Below are positions 41,101 to 52,097 of a stretch of DNA of 64,000 bases, piece by piece. The first letter of the stretch is position 1. Every line of letters starts with the position of its first letter. The stretch spans positions 1 through 64,000 of the forward strand of contig JALMLS010000420.1 in the NCBI GenBank assembly GCA_038496445.1, written 5' to 3'. This DNA comes from Trichosphaerium sp. ATCC 40318 (taxonomy: Eukaryota > Protista > Tubulinea). A model generated the notes under the pieces. It saw only the letters and a program-made list of their open reading frames with translations, made no database searches and was not told the origin of the DNA. A program made the translations under genes and the position numbers.

Positions 41101-41453
41101 TTGCAGTCCTGGTTAATGATGATCCTGCTCAATTCTTTGTTCTTGTGTCAGTAGGTATATTGTTGGTTGTGACATCTGCTTTATGCTTTTTATTTATTCC
41201 AAAAATTGTTTCCATGGCAAAGGGCGAAAACTTGAAGGAGAAGCATCAATCATACATGTCAAAAAAATCCTCCAAAGCAGATATGGAGGCTTTATTACAA
41301 GAAAAAAACAAACAAATAGCTGATTTACAGGCCAAATTAGAAGCAATATCTCCTTCAAAAAAGAAAAAGCACAAAACCTCCCATGAATTAAAAAATGTCA
41401 TGGCTACTGCTGATACCCAACAAACAGAACTCAGCAGTATTGAAGATGTATAA
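35143..41453 (+). CDS. Very large class C (GABA-B-like, 7tm_3) GPCR with ectodomain of 2x LamG, several cadherin-like/Big_9 repeats and a pappalysin-like beta-sandwich
   Basis: Signal peptide. LamG motifs FTIEFW, GWHHYAISF, GQIDELRVWS and WTHVAM, GEVEELRLWN. Repeats DPDGDLLTATIASLPTSGALFQ and DVEGDLAAILILSLPEKGTLYQ. 7TM motifs IASPVFL, LFVKTWRVYRIF, YNESRYIAVSIY, LFIPKI. Coiled-coil tail. Confidence 0.88.
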
Positions 41454-41576
41454 ATAAACAATGTTTTGATTTTTTATTGTGTAATTAACAGTATTTTTTG
41501 GAAATCTACCAAGCATTTGCCCCTAAAACAGGCATAAAATAAGCATTTGCATTCCATGCTAACTTCAGTTTTATAA

Positions 41577-41878
41577 CAATAATGGAATCAGGATTTTGAC
41601 TTGTGCTTAACTTGCTGGAGTATGTTCTGTATCCAATAATTACAATTTTCCATATTATTTAATTGTACTCTACCTGTATGGATCCCATACGTAACCCGTA
41701 TGGGTAGAGTACAGATCAACAATACAGAACCTGTACAAGTTAAGTACGGGTCAAAAGTATGGGTCACGTACAGGTTTTGTATGGGTCAAAAGTACAGAAC
41801 CTGTACAGGTTAAGTACAGGTCAAAAGTACAGGTTCCATACGGGTTTAGTACAGGTCAAAATTCCGATTCCAGTACTG
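41577..41878. mobile_element. MITE / internally deleted DNA transposon, family A (CAGTACTGGAATC TIR, GTACGGG subterminal repeats)
   Basis: Imperfect 28-bp TIR: CAATAATGGAATCAGGATTTTGACTTGT ... ACAGGTCAAAATTCCGATTCCAGTACTG. Near-colinear with about 45200-45450. Confidence 0.75.
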
Positions 41879-41915
41879 ATAGATTTGATGTTGATTGTTA
41901 TGGATGATTAATGCC

Positions 41916-43255
41916 TTTATTTGATGATGATTTACCTAAAATGCAACAAGTTGCATTTTGGCACCAGCAAAATCTATTGGTGGCTCTCAATATTGACAAC
42001 TCACAATGTGATTGGCCCTTAGATGAAGCCAAGTTTATTTGTACTGGTGACTATTGGAAATCAACTAACTGGCTATCAGACTTTAAAGACTCTTTTTTTT
42101 TTTTTTTGCAAAAAAAGGTGAGTTTATTGTGCTGTGGACGACAATAACCATGTGTGCAATTGGGTTACATTAGGTTTTTACAATTCGAAGTATGGGTCTT
42201 CATCCCATTCATCTGAGCTTTCACAGTTTGAGTAGTAGTTGTGTTTTTTCCTTTTATTCCTAACAATGGGGGTTAAGTGGTTAGTGATAGAATTAATATA
42301 AGTGTTTTTAGAAGGTGTGGTTGGTAAAGGAGGAGGTTTTGGTGGAGGTGGTAAGCCTGCACCCCAATCTTCCCAGGTATTGGTGATATCTGCCAGCCAG
42401 CCAGTGGACTTCCAGAAGTTACCAACATAAGTGAACTTTTCTTCATCTGAAGGAACTTCACACTGTGAGTTATCAATATTGAGTGCAACAAGAATATTTT
42501 GTTGATGCCAGAAGAGAACTTTGTGAGTGACTGGGATTTCTTCATCATAAAGAAGAGAGTTGCAACATTTCCAAATACAGTGCATGATGGAGCTGATGTG
42601 GATGGCTTTTTCTTTGTTAGTGGTTAGCTTGAGAGTGTTAAAAGACCAGGAGGATAGGAAAGGTGAAATGTGTTTGATGAGCATACTATCTATAGCATTA
42701 GCATATTTCCATTCAAAAAACAAACAATGATGGTGTAGTGGATACATGAAATCAGAGTGATTGACAGGAAGAAGCTTGAGCAAATATCTCCAAAGAATAT
42801 CTCTAGGTTTGTTGACTCTCCTAAGCTTGCTGACAGACTTGAGCATAAGATGAACTTTCCAGCCTAGATCTATCATTTCTTGGAGACTTTAAAGACTCCT
42901 GAGAAGACTGGGGTGCTGGCTTACCTCCACCTGAGCCTCCTCCATTACCACAACAACTTTTGCAAAAACTCAAATCAATAGTATCATGCCCACTACACCA
43001 ATCTCCCCTGTAACTTGCAGATCTACTAGAAAAAGATATAAATATTATTCAGACTATGAAAGCTCAGATGGTGATAGCTCAGAAGAATGGGATTTAAACC
43101 ATTTATTCTAACAACGTAACTTCTGTACTAAAATTGCATGTGTGGTTATTGTTGTCCACAGCACAATAAACTCTCCTTTTTTCTGCTTCTAGCTTGTAAA
43201 AAAAAAAAAAAAAAAAAATAAACTCTCTTTTTTTTGTTTAAAAAAAAAAAAAAAA
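41916..43255 (+). mobile_element. 5'-truncated non-LTR retrotransposon (host copy) with poly(A) tail and 14-bp TSD
   Basis: TSD GGATGATTAATGCC at 41902-41915 and 43256-43269. Poly(A) tracts at 43198-43218 and 43240-43255. Degenerate ORF end FWHQQNLLVALNIDNSQC...EDWGAGLPPP. Confidence 0.88.
42093..42883 (-). mobile_element. 5'-truncated non-LTR retrotransposon of a related subfamily, inserted antisense into the host copy, 15-bp TSD
   Basis: TSD AGACTTTAAAGACTC at 42078-42092 and 42884-42898. Poly(T) at 42093-42107 is the poly(A) on the - strand. ORF 42178-42876 has L1/Tx1-like C-terminal motifs (ILWRYLLKLLP, HCLFF, IWKCxNSLLYD). Confidence 0.9.
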
Positions 43256-43414
43256 GGATGATTAATGCCCAATCAATGGTTGATTACAGGGCTACAACTA
43301 TCAATAGTGATCATGTTGATTGTGTTGATTGCAAATTGATGAAAGTTAATTATTTTAAACACAATGTTTTATTAAGCTGGGCCACATTCATCATGTTTAT
43401 TGTCATTAATACAA

Positions 43415-43529
43415 CAGTGGTGGAATCAAACAAAATACATGTGCCTAAAATGTGCCATTTGTGTGGAAATAAATGTGCCTAAAATGTGCCCAAAATGTGC
43501 CATTCATGTGCTGTCCAATTCCACCACTG
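43415..43529. mobile_element. 115-bp MITE, family B (CAGTGGTGGAATC TIR)
   Basis: CAGTGGTGGAAT...ATTCCACCACTG, internal GTGCCYAAAAT repeats, AA on both flanks. Confidence 0.8.
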
Positions 43530-43689
43530 AAATAAGTAAACAGTAGTGTAGTTGTGTGATATTGTATGTTGGATACATGGTGTTGTATGGCTTTAAAGGT
43601 AAGTTAAACACTGTTCAGAGCACATATGCAAGGAAAAACAAATCTATTAGCAGGAAAAATGTCATTTTTGGTTTTATTGCCACAAATGC

Positions 43690-43960
43690 TCAAATACGTT
43701 TGCTTAAGGTGCCTTTGTGAGCATTTTTGACAATGTACACCAAATTAAGTGAAATGTCATGACTTTGCACAATATCCACCTTTACAGGCTCTACAGGCCA
43801 AAAACATTTACACAAGCTCTTTGTAAGTGTTTTTGACAATTTACTTGTCAAATTAAGTAAAAGAACATGACCTGCTCAAAAACTGCCTGTACAGGCTCTG
43901 CATGCCAAACATGTTTGCTCAGGCACCTTTTTGAGTGTTTTTGATGATAAATTAAGTAAA
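43690..43960. repeat. Degenerate tandem repeat, unit of about 108 bp, about 2.5 copies
   Basis: TTTG..AG..TTTTTGACAAT...AAATTAAGTRAA and TACAGGCTCT recur at about 108-bp spacing. Confidence 0.65.
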
Positions 43961-44001
43961 GAATGGTTAAGGCAGCATAACTACAAAATTGGACTAACAA
44001 T

Positions 44002-44132
44002 CAGTGGTGGAATCAGACAGCACATGAATTGCACATTTTGGACATATTTTGGACATGCATATTTGCCACATATCACACGTTTTGAGCATGCATGGAACAC
44101 CATTTTATAGAAAAAAAAAAAAAGATTACAAT
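44002..44132. mobile_element. Left-end fragment of a family B element
   Basis: CAGTGGTGGAATCAGACAG followed by TTTTGGRCA repeats. Retains the empty site of the family A insertion seen in the adjacent copy. Confidence 0.65.
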
Positions 44133-46259
44133 CAGTGGTGGAATCGGACAGAATGTGAATGGCATGTTTTGGGCACGTTTATTTTCTACATTTTGGGCAT
44201 GTTTTGGGTACGTTTATTTTCCACATTTTGGGCACATTTTGGGCACGCATCAGTAGTAAAATCAGGAGTACGGATAATGTATGGGTAGAGTACGGGTCAA
44301 AAAGTATGGATTCCATACGGGTTTTGTACGGGTCGAAAGTACGGGTTATGTATGGGTTTAATCCGGGTCAAAAGTACAGAACCCGTACGGGTTGAGTACA
44401 GGTCAAAAGTACAGGTTCCGTACAGGTTTTGTACAGGTCAAAATATGTGTCGGCAGTTATAATTGTGTACACAAAATAGTAAAAACGATGGATTGGTTTA
44501 TTGTTTTCTTAACTATTACAAGTACATTTACATTACAACACATTACAATACATTACATTACATTACAACCCCATTACCACTAAATGACCATGTTTTTGAC
44601 CTGTTTGAGGAGATATTTTAGACATCATGCCTTAATTGTCCTAAAACCCAACTTAATATCCACAACTTAACGACTACTTCAGAAAAATGCTTGAAACCCA
44701 TAATCGCCTTTAAAAAGTGGTTTAATAGAGCTATTAGGCCATAATATCCTTAAACTACTCCAAATACATATTTTCTGTCGTTTTTGCCTAAAAATGGTGA
44801 GTTGATCCCCAAACCATCATGAAACCATGCATTGTACCTAAATATACCTAATGCTACATTTTCTGAGCAGTTCGTACAGTCAGACCAAAGTTATTCAATA
44901 AAACAACAAAATTCAGCAAAAAGCTACATTTTGCACTTTATTAAGTTTTCTCCTCTACTTTTTAAGTAAATGCCTTAATAACCTTAAAACACCCTCATCT
45001 ATTAATAATACATGTTTTTGTACCTTACGATTACAAGCTGCCATTTAATTGCAGTAATTTTTTTTTGGATTTTTTGATTGCCAAATCCAAACAAAATTTG
45101 ATGGCCAAATTTTTTTTTTGATTGCAAGTGTATACTGATGGTTGTGGTTTTGGCACACATGTGATATATGTGTACACATACATTGTATGGAAAAAGAAGA
45201 GTATATTCTGTATCCAATTTTTCATATTATTTAATTGTACTCTACCCGTATGGATCCCGTACGTAACCCGTACGGGTAGAGTACGGGTCAACAATATGGA
45301 ACCCGTATGGGTTAAGTACGGGTCAAAAGTACGGGTTCTGTACGGGTTTAGTACGGGTCAAAAGTACGGAACCCGTACGGGTTAAGTATGGGTCAAAAGT
45401 ACGGGTTCCGTACGGGTTTAGTACGGGTCAAAATCCCGATTCCAGTACTGATAAAACACCACTTTATAGAGGAAAAGAAAATAACAGTTTATTACGATAC
45501 ATAACACATAACGATTACAAAGAGGTTTGGTACAACTATTACAAACTTTACATAAAACTATCCCCACATAAATGATACCCAGTTTATATCAACCAACTTC
45601 ATGTTTTTGCCATTTTACCTGCTTTTTTCACCAATCCTGCCTTATTGTAAATACTTAAGCAAGAACTTACCTAGTTAGGCAAAAAATCTCAAATCCAATA
45701 ATCGTCTTTAAAAAGGGGTTTAATGGAGTTATTGAGCCATAATATCCTTAAACTACCCTAAATACCTATTTTCTATTGTTTTTGCCTTAAAAAGAGGCAC
45801 CAAACCCCAAACCACCATGAAACCATGCATCATACCTAATAGTGGGCCATACTTCGTTTTTTAAAGGATTCGTACTAGTAGACCTGAGTTATTCATGAAA
45901 AATAGGAAAATCAAGAAATTGTTGGTTTTTGGGTATTTTTAGATTTTTTCACCTACTTTTAAAGCCATGCCGATACAAACCTAACTACTGCTTACTTGGG
46001 TGAAAATACATATTTTATTGTTAACGATCAGAGGCGATCGGCTTTGGGGTGAGATGGTTGAGTTTTGAGTTTGTCAATTTTTGGCCAAATTTCTATTAAG
46101 GACAAGTCATGGTTAAAACACGCAAATGACACATTTTGAGCACGTTTATTGCAAATATACAACACGCGAATGGCACGTTTTGGGCACATTTTGGACATGT
46201 TTATTTTTCACGCGAATGGCACATTTTAGGCGCATGTATTTTGTCCGATTCCACCACTG
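44133..46259. mobile_element. Non-autonomous DNA transposon, family B, interrupted by a family A element
   Basis: Perfect 18-bp TIR CAGTGGTGGAATCGGACA ... TGTCCGATTCCACCACTG. TTTTGGGCAC repeats at both ends. Confidence 0.8.
44251..45450. mobile_element. 1.2-kb non-autonomous DNA transposon, family A, nested in family B, AT TSD
   Basis: CAGTAGTAAAATCAGGA ... TCCCGATTCCAGTACTG with GTACGGG arrays at both ends. Flanks gcacgcAT|...|ATaaaacacc match the empty site gcatgcATggaacacc at about 44086-44101. Confidence 0.78.
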
Positions 46260-46699
46260 TAACTGTGTTAGAGTATTACACAGTTCTAGAATCAAGGTAC
46301 AAGTTTTTTTTTTTCCGTTTTGTTGTGCAACTTACATTGATGTCTATTTGTTAGGAAAAGTGTGCCTGACCATAATGTAGATGATCTGTACAATGGAAAC
46401 TTGCCAAGAATAGCTGATATAACTTGTTTGCAACTATTGTTCCAGAAGTGGCAAAAATACTTGCTTCTATATGCTTGATGTACAAACATCTACTATCAAT
46501 AAGCTGCCACAACTAAAATCTCTGGATATCACTCACTGGAATACACTTTTGTTTGGAAAAACACAGCTTTTTGGATTTGTTTGTGTACATGCAACAATCT
46601 GCCATAAAAAAGCACAAAATGATCTGATATCAAAACTCTTTTTAAATATTAAAAAATACCAAAATGCTTATGCAGTCCAAAACCCTTTGATGTATTTTA

Positions 46700-46772
46700 C
46701 AGTATTGTATACCATGCATTATACCATATAATTATACCATAAAATGTGGTATTATACCGTGGTATTATACTG
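46700..46772. mobile_element. 73-bp MITE, family C (TATACCA repeats), TA TSD
   Basis: TA|CAGTATTGTATACCATG...CGTGGTATTATACTG|TA. Confidence 0.6.
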
Positions 46773-47921
46773 TATAAGTATAAGTTAGTCAAAGCTCACT
46801 TGGTCTGCACTTGATTTAATAGCATATGGACCTACGCAAACGCCATACCACACAATGCTTTGACAGTAGCTGTTATTGAACATAATTGGCATATAAATGT
46901 GTGAAAAACAGTTTTAAGAGAGAAATCTGGTAACGTGCCCCAATTATGGGCGTTTTAGGGATAAATTGGCCAACTTTCTCCGATTAATGGTATTTGAGGA
47001 AGAAACCACTCCGCGTACCCCATGTTAGAACGCTACAGTGGTAGACACACCAAAAACGCGTTTAGCACTCGAAAAATGCCCATTCGCAAAAAACCTCCAA
47101 TTGGAGGTTTTTTTCTCCAGCTCTCATTTTTTTCTCCCCTCCATAGGCATTTTTACACTCAATCAACGCCATACAGCCTCATTTACCAAATCAGGAGCAA
47201 AATTATTTATTTTTTTTTGACATTCTTGATATATGCCCCAATGTGTGTTAAACCGCGCAATTAGTGTTATAAGGCAAAGTTGTTTCAGAGCCTACCCATT
47301 TTTCGATTTTTTTGGATTTTTTTGGTTTTTTTTTCTACTAAACGCCTGCATTTGCCGGAACAGATAGCATTTAGGCTCTGCACCCATGCGTTGACCTTAC
47401 AAGTGATATTGTAAACTAATTGGCTAAGCCAGGGCATAAAACTAAGTCTTGACCAGTTTATCGCCCACACAACACAAGGTACGCTAGAAAGCAGTTGTTT
47501 TAAAGCTGTTTGCCATAGGTTTTACAGGCTTAATAGGTGATATAAAAAAAAAAAAACGTGTTAGCCGCCCAACCAGGTACTATTCCGCTAGAACTCGTTT
47601 CCGATGAGGTTGGTAGCTATTTTCATTTCTTTGTTTTAGTCTTGGTTTGGCTTCACTGTGCAGGTCATTTGTTACTCTCAGTGCTGCCATCACAACAAAA
47701 CAACAATTTTTGTATGACTATTTATTTTGTGTACAAGAAACCAAGCCAGCGCTAACTCTTCTTTTAAGTTTCATGCTATATCCATTCAATGCACTTACAG
47801 CAAGTACAATCTGTTCTTTTAAGGTTATTTGATGCCTGCAAAAAAGGACATGGGCAAAACTAAAGGTCACGGATGTAAACAAAAAAAAGATGTATTAATA
47901 AATGTGTTTTTATTTTTAGAA

Positions 47922-48237
47922 CAGTTTTTACACGGTATAATACACCTGGTTTTGTGGTATAATCTATCAAGTTTTAAGGTATAATATACCAGGCTTTATG
48001 GTATTATTCTGTGTTTTATACCATGTTTTATGGTAGAATTATACCATATAATGCATTTTTTCAGGTGAAAAAATATGGTATAAATTCGCACTTTCTACTG
48101 TATATTTATGGTATAATTTGGCTGTTTCATGGTATAAATCCTTTGATTTATGGTATATTATACTGGAATTTGTGGTATAAAATTGGAATCAATGGTATAA
48201 TTATACCACAAATTCATGGTATCTACCATAAAAACAG
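47922..48237. repeat. Array of TGGTATAA motifs at about 20-25 bp spacing, probably a family C-related element
   Basis: More than a dozen GGTATA(A) copies. Begins CAGTTTTTA and ends TAAAAACAG (imperfect inverted ends). Confidence 0.6.
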
Positions 48238-48559
48238 CTCAAGAATTTTAGACCTGATTTTTGGTTGATTTATCAACATTTAACATGAGAACCCCATGCT
48301 GCATCAACAGTTTTGTTTAAAAAAACCAGAGTAAAACATAGAACCTTGCTCTTACAGTAGTAAAATTGGAAGTATGTATGGTTTTGTACATGCCATAATC
48401 CTGATTATGGTACTGTTAGTGCCGCATCTACAAAAATACAACTAATTGTTTAGTTCATTTACCAAAGAATCTGATTTTTATTCATTGGGGTGTTAAACTA
48501 TTTTGGGCAAACAATGAAGGTTAAAAATTGTGTAATATTCATAAAAAAAGTTTATTTGG

Positions 48560-51500
48560 TTAGTTTGGAGCTAAACCCCAACTACCAATCATTTGATCTT
48601 CATCACTCTCTTGAATTAATGAAGGGCGTGCTGCTGTTTGCACTGGTGCTGGTGTTGGTGGCTGTGGAGCAATGTCATGCTCTGGATCAAAAAAGTTCTA
48701 GTTGGGAATTAATAGTTGGACAACAGCGCTCATTGCAGTACCTGTAATAGTTCATATGCTAACAGTGTCACTCCAAACTGAGGAGATGATCTAAAAAAGA
48801 AATTACTAATATTGTTACTTGAGATTGATTGCAAACCTTATACACCTAGGCACTATGCCCTTATAAAAAGCTAGAATACCCTCAGAACGGTAAACTTTAA
48901 CAAAGCAATCAACAATGCCATTGTATGTTTGATCTCCAGCACGTGCTTCAACCTGCAACCTTGTTTTGACAACATCAAAAGGTGTTGTCATTGACGCTGA
49001 AATCAAACCTATTAACATGTATGTAAGCTCTTTTGAACAACAACCCAATTATCAGTGCCTGCAAAGGATCCTGCAAGCAAGTAATTCATGGCACTCTCCT
49101 CGCCAGTATCAGCATCTCTCATCAACTGCTTTGATTTGGCATAAAGTGGAAAATAGATAGCCGAAAATGGGATATCACGACTAAAGCATGCAGGTGCGCC
49201 TTTATATAATCCAAAAAAGCCAAGCTCACGAACAATAGTAACAGCACCTTTGGGCTTTAAGCCATAACGTGTGGCAAGCTAGCACTGGTGTAAATTTACA
49301 TTTTGGTATAGCACCGCTTATAAAAAGAAATAGTACGCACTTCGCCTTGTACTTGCAATCTGATCTTTACAATTTCTATTGGGTTGGTAAACACGACCTG
49401 TGACATACCAGCACAACCACCGGCGAGTATTTCTAATGGCAAATACATGCTGTCTTCAGATTGGCCTGCCTGCTGGAATAGCCCGCTGGTATGATTGTCA
49501 GTAGTGTTTTTACAATTATTATCAAATACACATGACGGTACGTACCGAAGTAGATCGTTGACTACAAGCTTGATAGCTTTTTCAGGTGCAACACCTACCA
49601 GCTGTGGCAGTAAACCACGATACAAGCCTGTGGGTCCTTCATTCCTAAAGTAATGAGCCTCACGCTGTGGCGCACTAGTTTTGGTGTGTTTTGACCATAC
49701 TTTATAACCTGTGTAAAGCAATCCCAACTATTTTTGTACATTTGTTTTGCTGCTAAAGATTTTACATTTAGCAAGCTGCACAACTAGACATTATTACAAA
49801 CCCGAAGCATCACCAGCGGAGCCTCTCTGATTTTGCATCCTAGTTTTGACCAGATCGATAGGATAGACAGCTGTCGCTCCAATCGCACCAGCCACAGCGC
49901 CAATGCCAAACGACTTTGCGGCCAGTAGTAGTTTTTGCATAGGCGTTTTGTTGTTTGTGGCAGCATTGAGCTACAAAAAGGCAACAAAAGTAAGCTTCAA
50001 TTGGGGCAGGTGGTAATCAACCAAAACATAGAGAAGAAACAAACCATGCTTTAAATGGATGGCGCACCCTGTGGATATCGAACAAACGCATGTTAGATCG
50101 ATCCTTCATCACATACAGGAAGGTGTCAACATCAAGCATGCTGTGACGCCTTGGGTTGTCAAAAATGTGGAACAGGACGTCAAGTTGATTCGTTGAAAGT
50201 AAAGTGTCAGCTGTTTGCTGAGTTACTCTCCCCAATTGCGCTACCACCACGTGTCAGAGGTTAAAAGCAAGTGTTGTGTTGTACAGAAAAAGAAAAAAAA
50301 AATGTACAAAGTGATTACGCACATCTGCCAACACCTAACCCAGCAACCGAATTGGTCATGCGAAGTGCTTTTTCAAAGGCTGGAAAATTATCTAATACTT
50401 TGTGAAAGTTGGCGTAGTCATCCAATGAAATCTGGCAGTCTGCATATGCTTCATCCACGCTTTCCAAGTTTTGGTGCGTATGCTTAGGCAACCTACACAA
50501 TCGCTTGGGTTAGAAGAACCACAGCGCAATTCAATCAAAAATTGTTTTCGGCATACATTTTAGGATTGGTGTTAATCGCCACCAATGTTGTAAAGTCCTT
50601 TGCAGAGAGCATGCCGTTGGATTTCTTAAACTGGCTGAATTCCTACTCAAAAAAAACCGATTGTTACAACGAGATAAGGGTACGAGGTGTGAGCGCCATA
50701 CTTGTTGTAAGAGTCCTATTTTCAAATCTGCTATCAATCTCGTAAAGTCTTTGAGGCTGATGCGATTCTCTCCATCTTGGCCAAAAAAATTATCCCAGTA
50801 TCCAGAAGTAAACGCAAACGTCAAATGTCCACATGCGCGCATAAGAGATCTGAACTCGTCTAGCAAGCAATTTTAATAAAAATAATAGTAATATCGGCGT
50901 TGAGCCTCTTTAATATTTTACTTTGAAGCGCTCTTACAAATACTAAATTGATTCACACGCACCTTTAGAGCAGTATCCATCTCCTTCCGTGTCAAATAAT
51001 TTAAATGCTGTCTCAAACTCCTTCTCTGACGTAGCGAGCAGCGTGTCAAAAAACACAAATTCAGAAAAGGAGATTGTCTTTTCACCACTTGATTCTCGAG
51101 GTCGGAATAGAGTGTTAAACGGGTCTGTGTCAGTGCCATCAGTTTCCTACGCATGCGTCAGAGGTTGGGGTATCGTTTTGTTGGTACAGAACAAGTTACC
51201 ACCCCAGTAAAAATAAAATGCGACAAAACAACAGATTTTTTTGAAATATTTTAAACTAACTGTTACCACTCATCAAAAATACCAATGCGTACAGGAGTTG
51301 GCGGTTTAGGTTTACGTTTACCGTTCTTCCCCTTGCCGGTGTCACCAGTCAAGTTAATTGAGGCAATAAAATCGCCTTTTGTCATGTACTTCTCGCCATC
51401 AATGGTGATGGAAGCGTACTGCTTGTAGATATTATCAAGCTTTTTGAGCGTTTCCTTGGCGTTGTTAGCGATAACACGCATGAAGAACATCTTTTCGTAC

Positions 51501-51809
51501 CTTTTTGACGTTCAAAGGCTTGTTTGAGAATGGTGGCAAGTACGCCAGTATAGCTGCGACAGCAGCGGCGCCAATTACAGCGATAGGCAACAATGGGTTA
51601 AACCCGTTTGTTTTAGCGGTAGATGGCGAGTCCTCCTCAACAATAACACTATCGTCGCGTTTGGGTGGGTTTTGATCCTCTGTACTATATCGGCGCCAAG
51701 ACCTTCTTTGGGACCCATTGGACCCACTGGACCATCTGTTATACCTCCGTTGCTTCTGTTGTTCGTTCCGGAAGCGAGAAGTCCTTGAGAGTGTCCTCAA
51801 GCTGAACAT
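48560..51809 (-). CDS. Calcium-binding mitochondrial aspartate/glutamate carrier (Aralar/citrin, SLC25A12/13-like)
   Basis: EF-hand region, then [108 protein letters not shown]. Confidence 0.93.
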
Positions 51810-52097
51810 TCTCAAAATTTGATCAAAAAAACAGTTTAAAAATAAAACTGAAATGTCAATTTCGTTCGGCACAGCTTTGCTTGGTCACACTACGCGTAGC
51901 CATACCTTACAGCGCTTCGTTACTTGGCGTAGTGCTGTGCAAAATTTGGCTAGCCAACAGTCCGTGTTTATAGCGTAAAGACACTTTGTTCTCGCCTACC
52001 GCCATATAACGGACTACCTGAGCTTCAGTGCTTCGGGTTTGACATTGTTTGAATAGTTTGACACCTATGTCTATTTGAGTAAACGTTGTTGTAATTA

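Noticed and set aside
45237-45435. Regular GTACGGG repeats (also 41690-41860 and 44280-44440) as a CRISPR array
   Set aside because: The units are 11-13 bp with no unique spacers, there are no cas genes, the context is eukaryotic, and the repeats are bounded by TIRs.
47640-47695. tRNA-like stretch
   Set aside because: No convincing cloverleaf or T-loop GTTC motif. I recognised no tRNA or rRNA gene in the window.
43234-48268. Short ORFs listed inside the repeat island, and antisense ORFs over real exons elsewhere (e.g. 16821-17234, 28920-29138)
   Set aside because: They are low-complexity translations of repeats or shadows of genes on the opposite strand.
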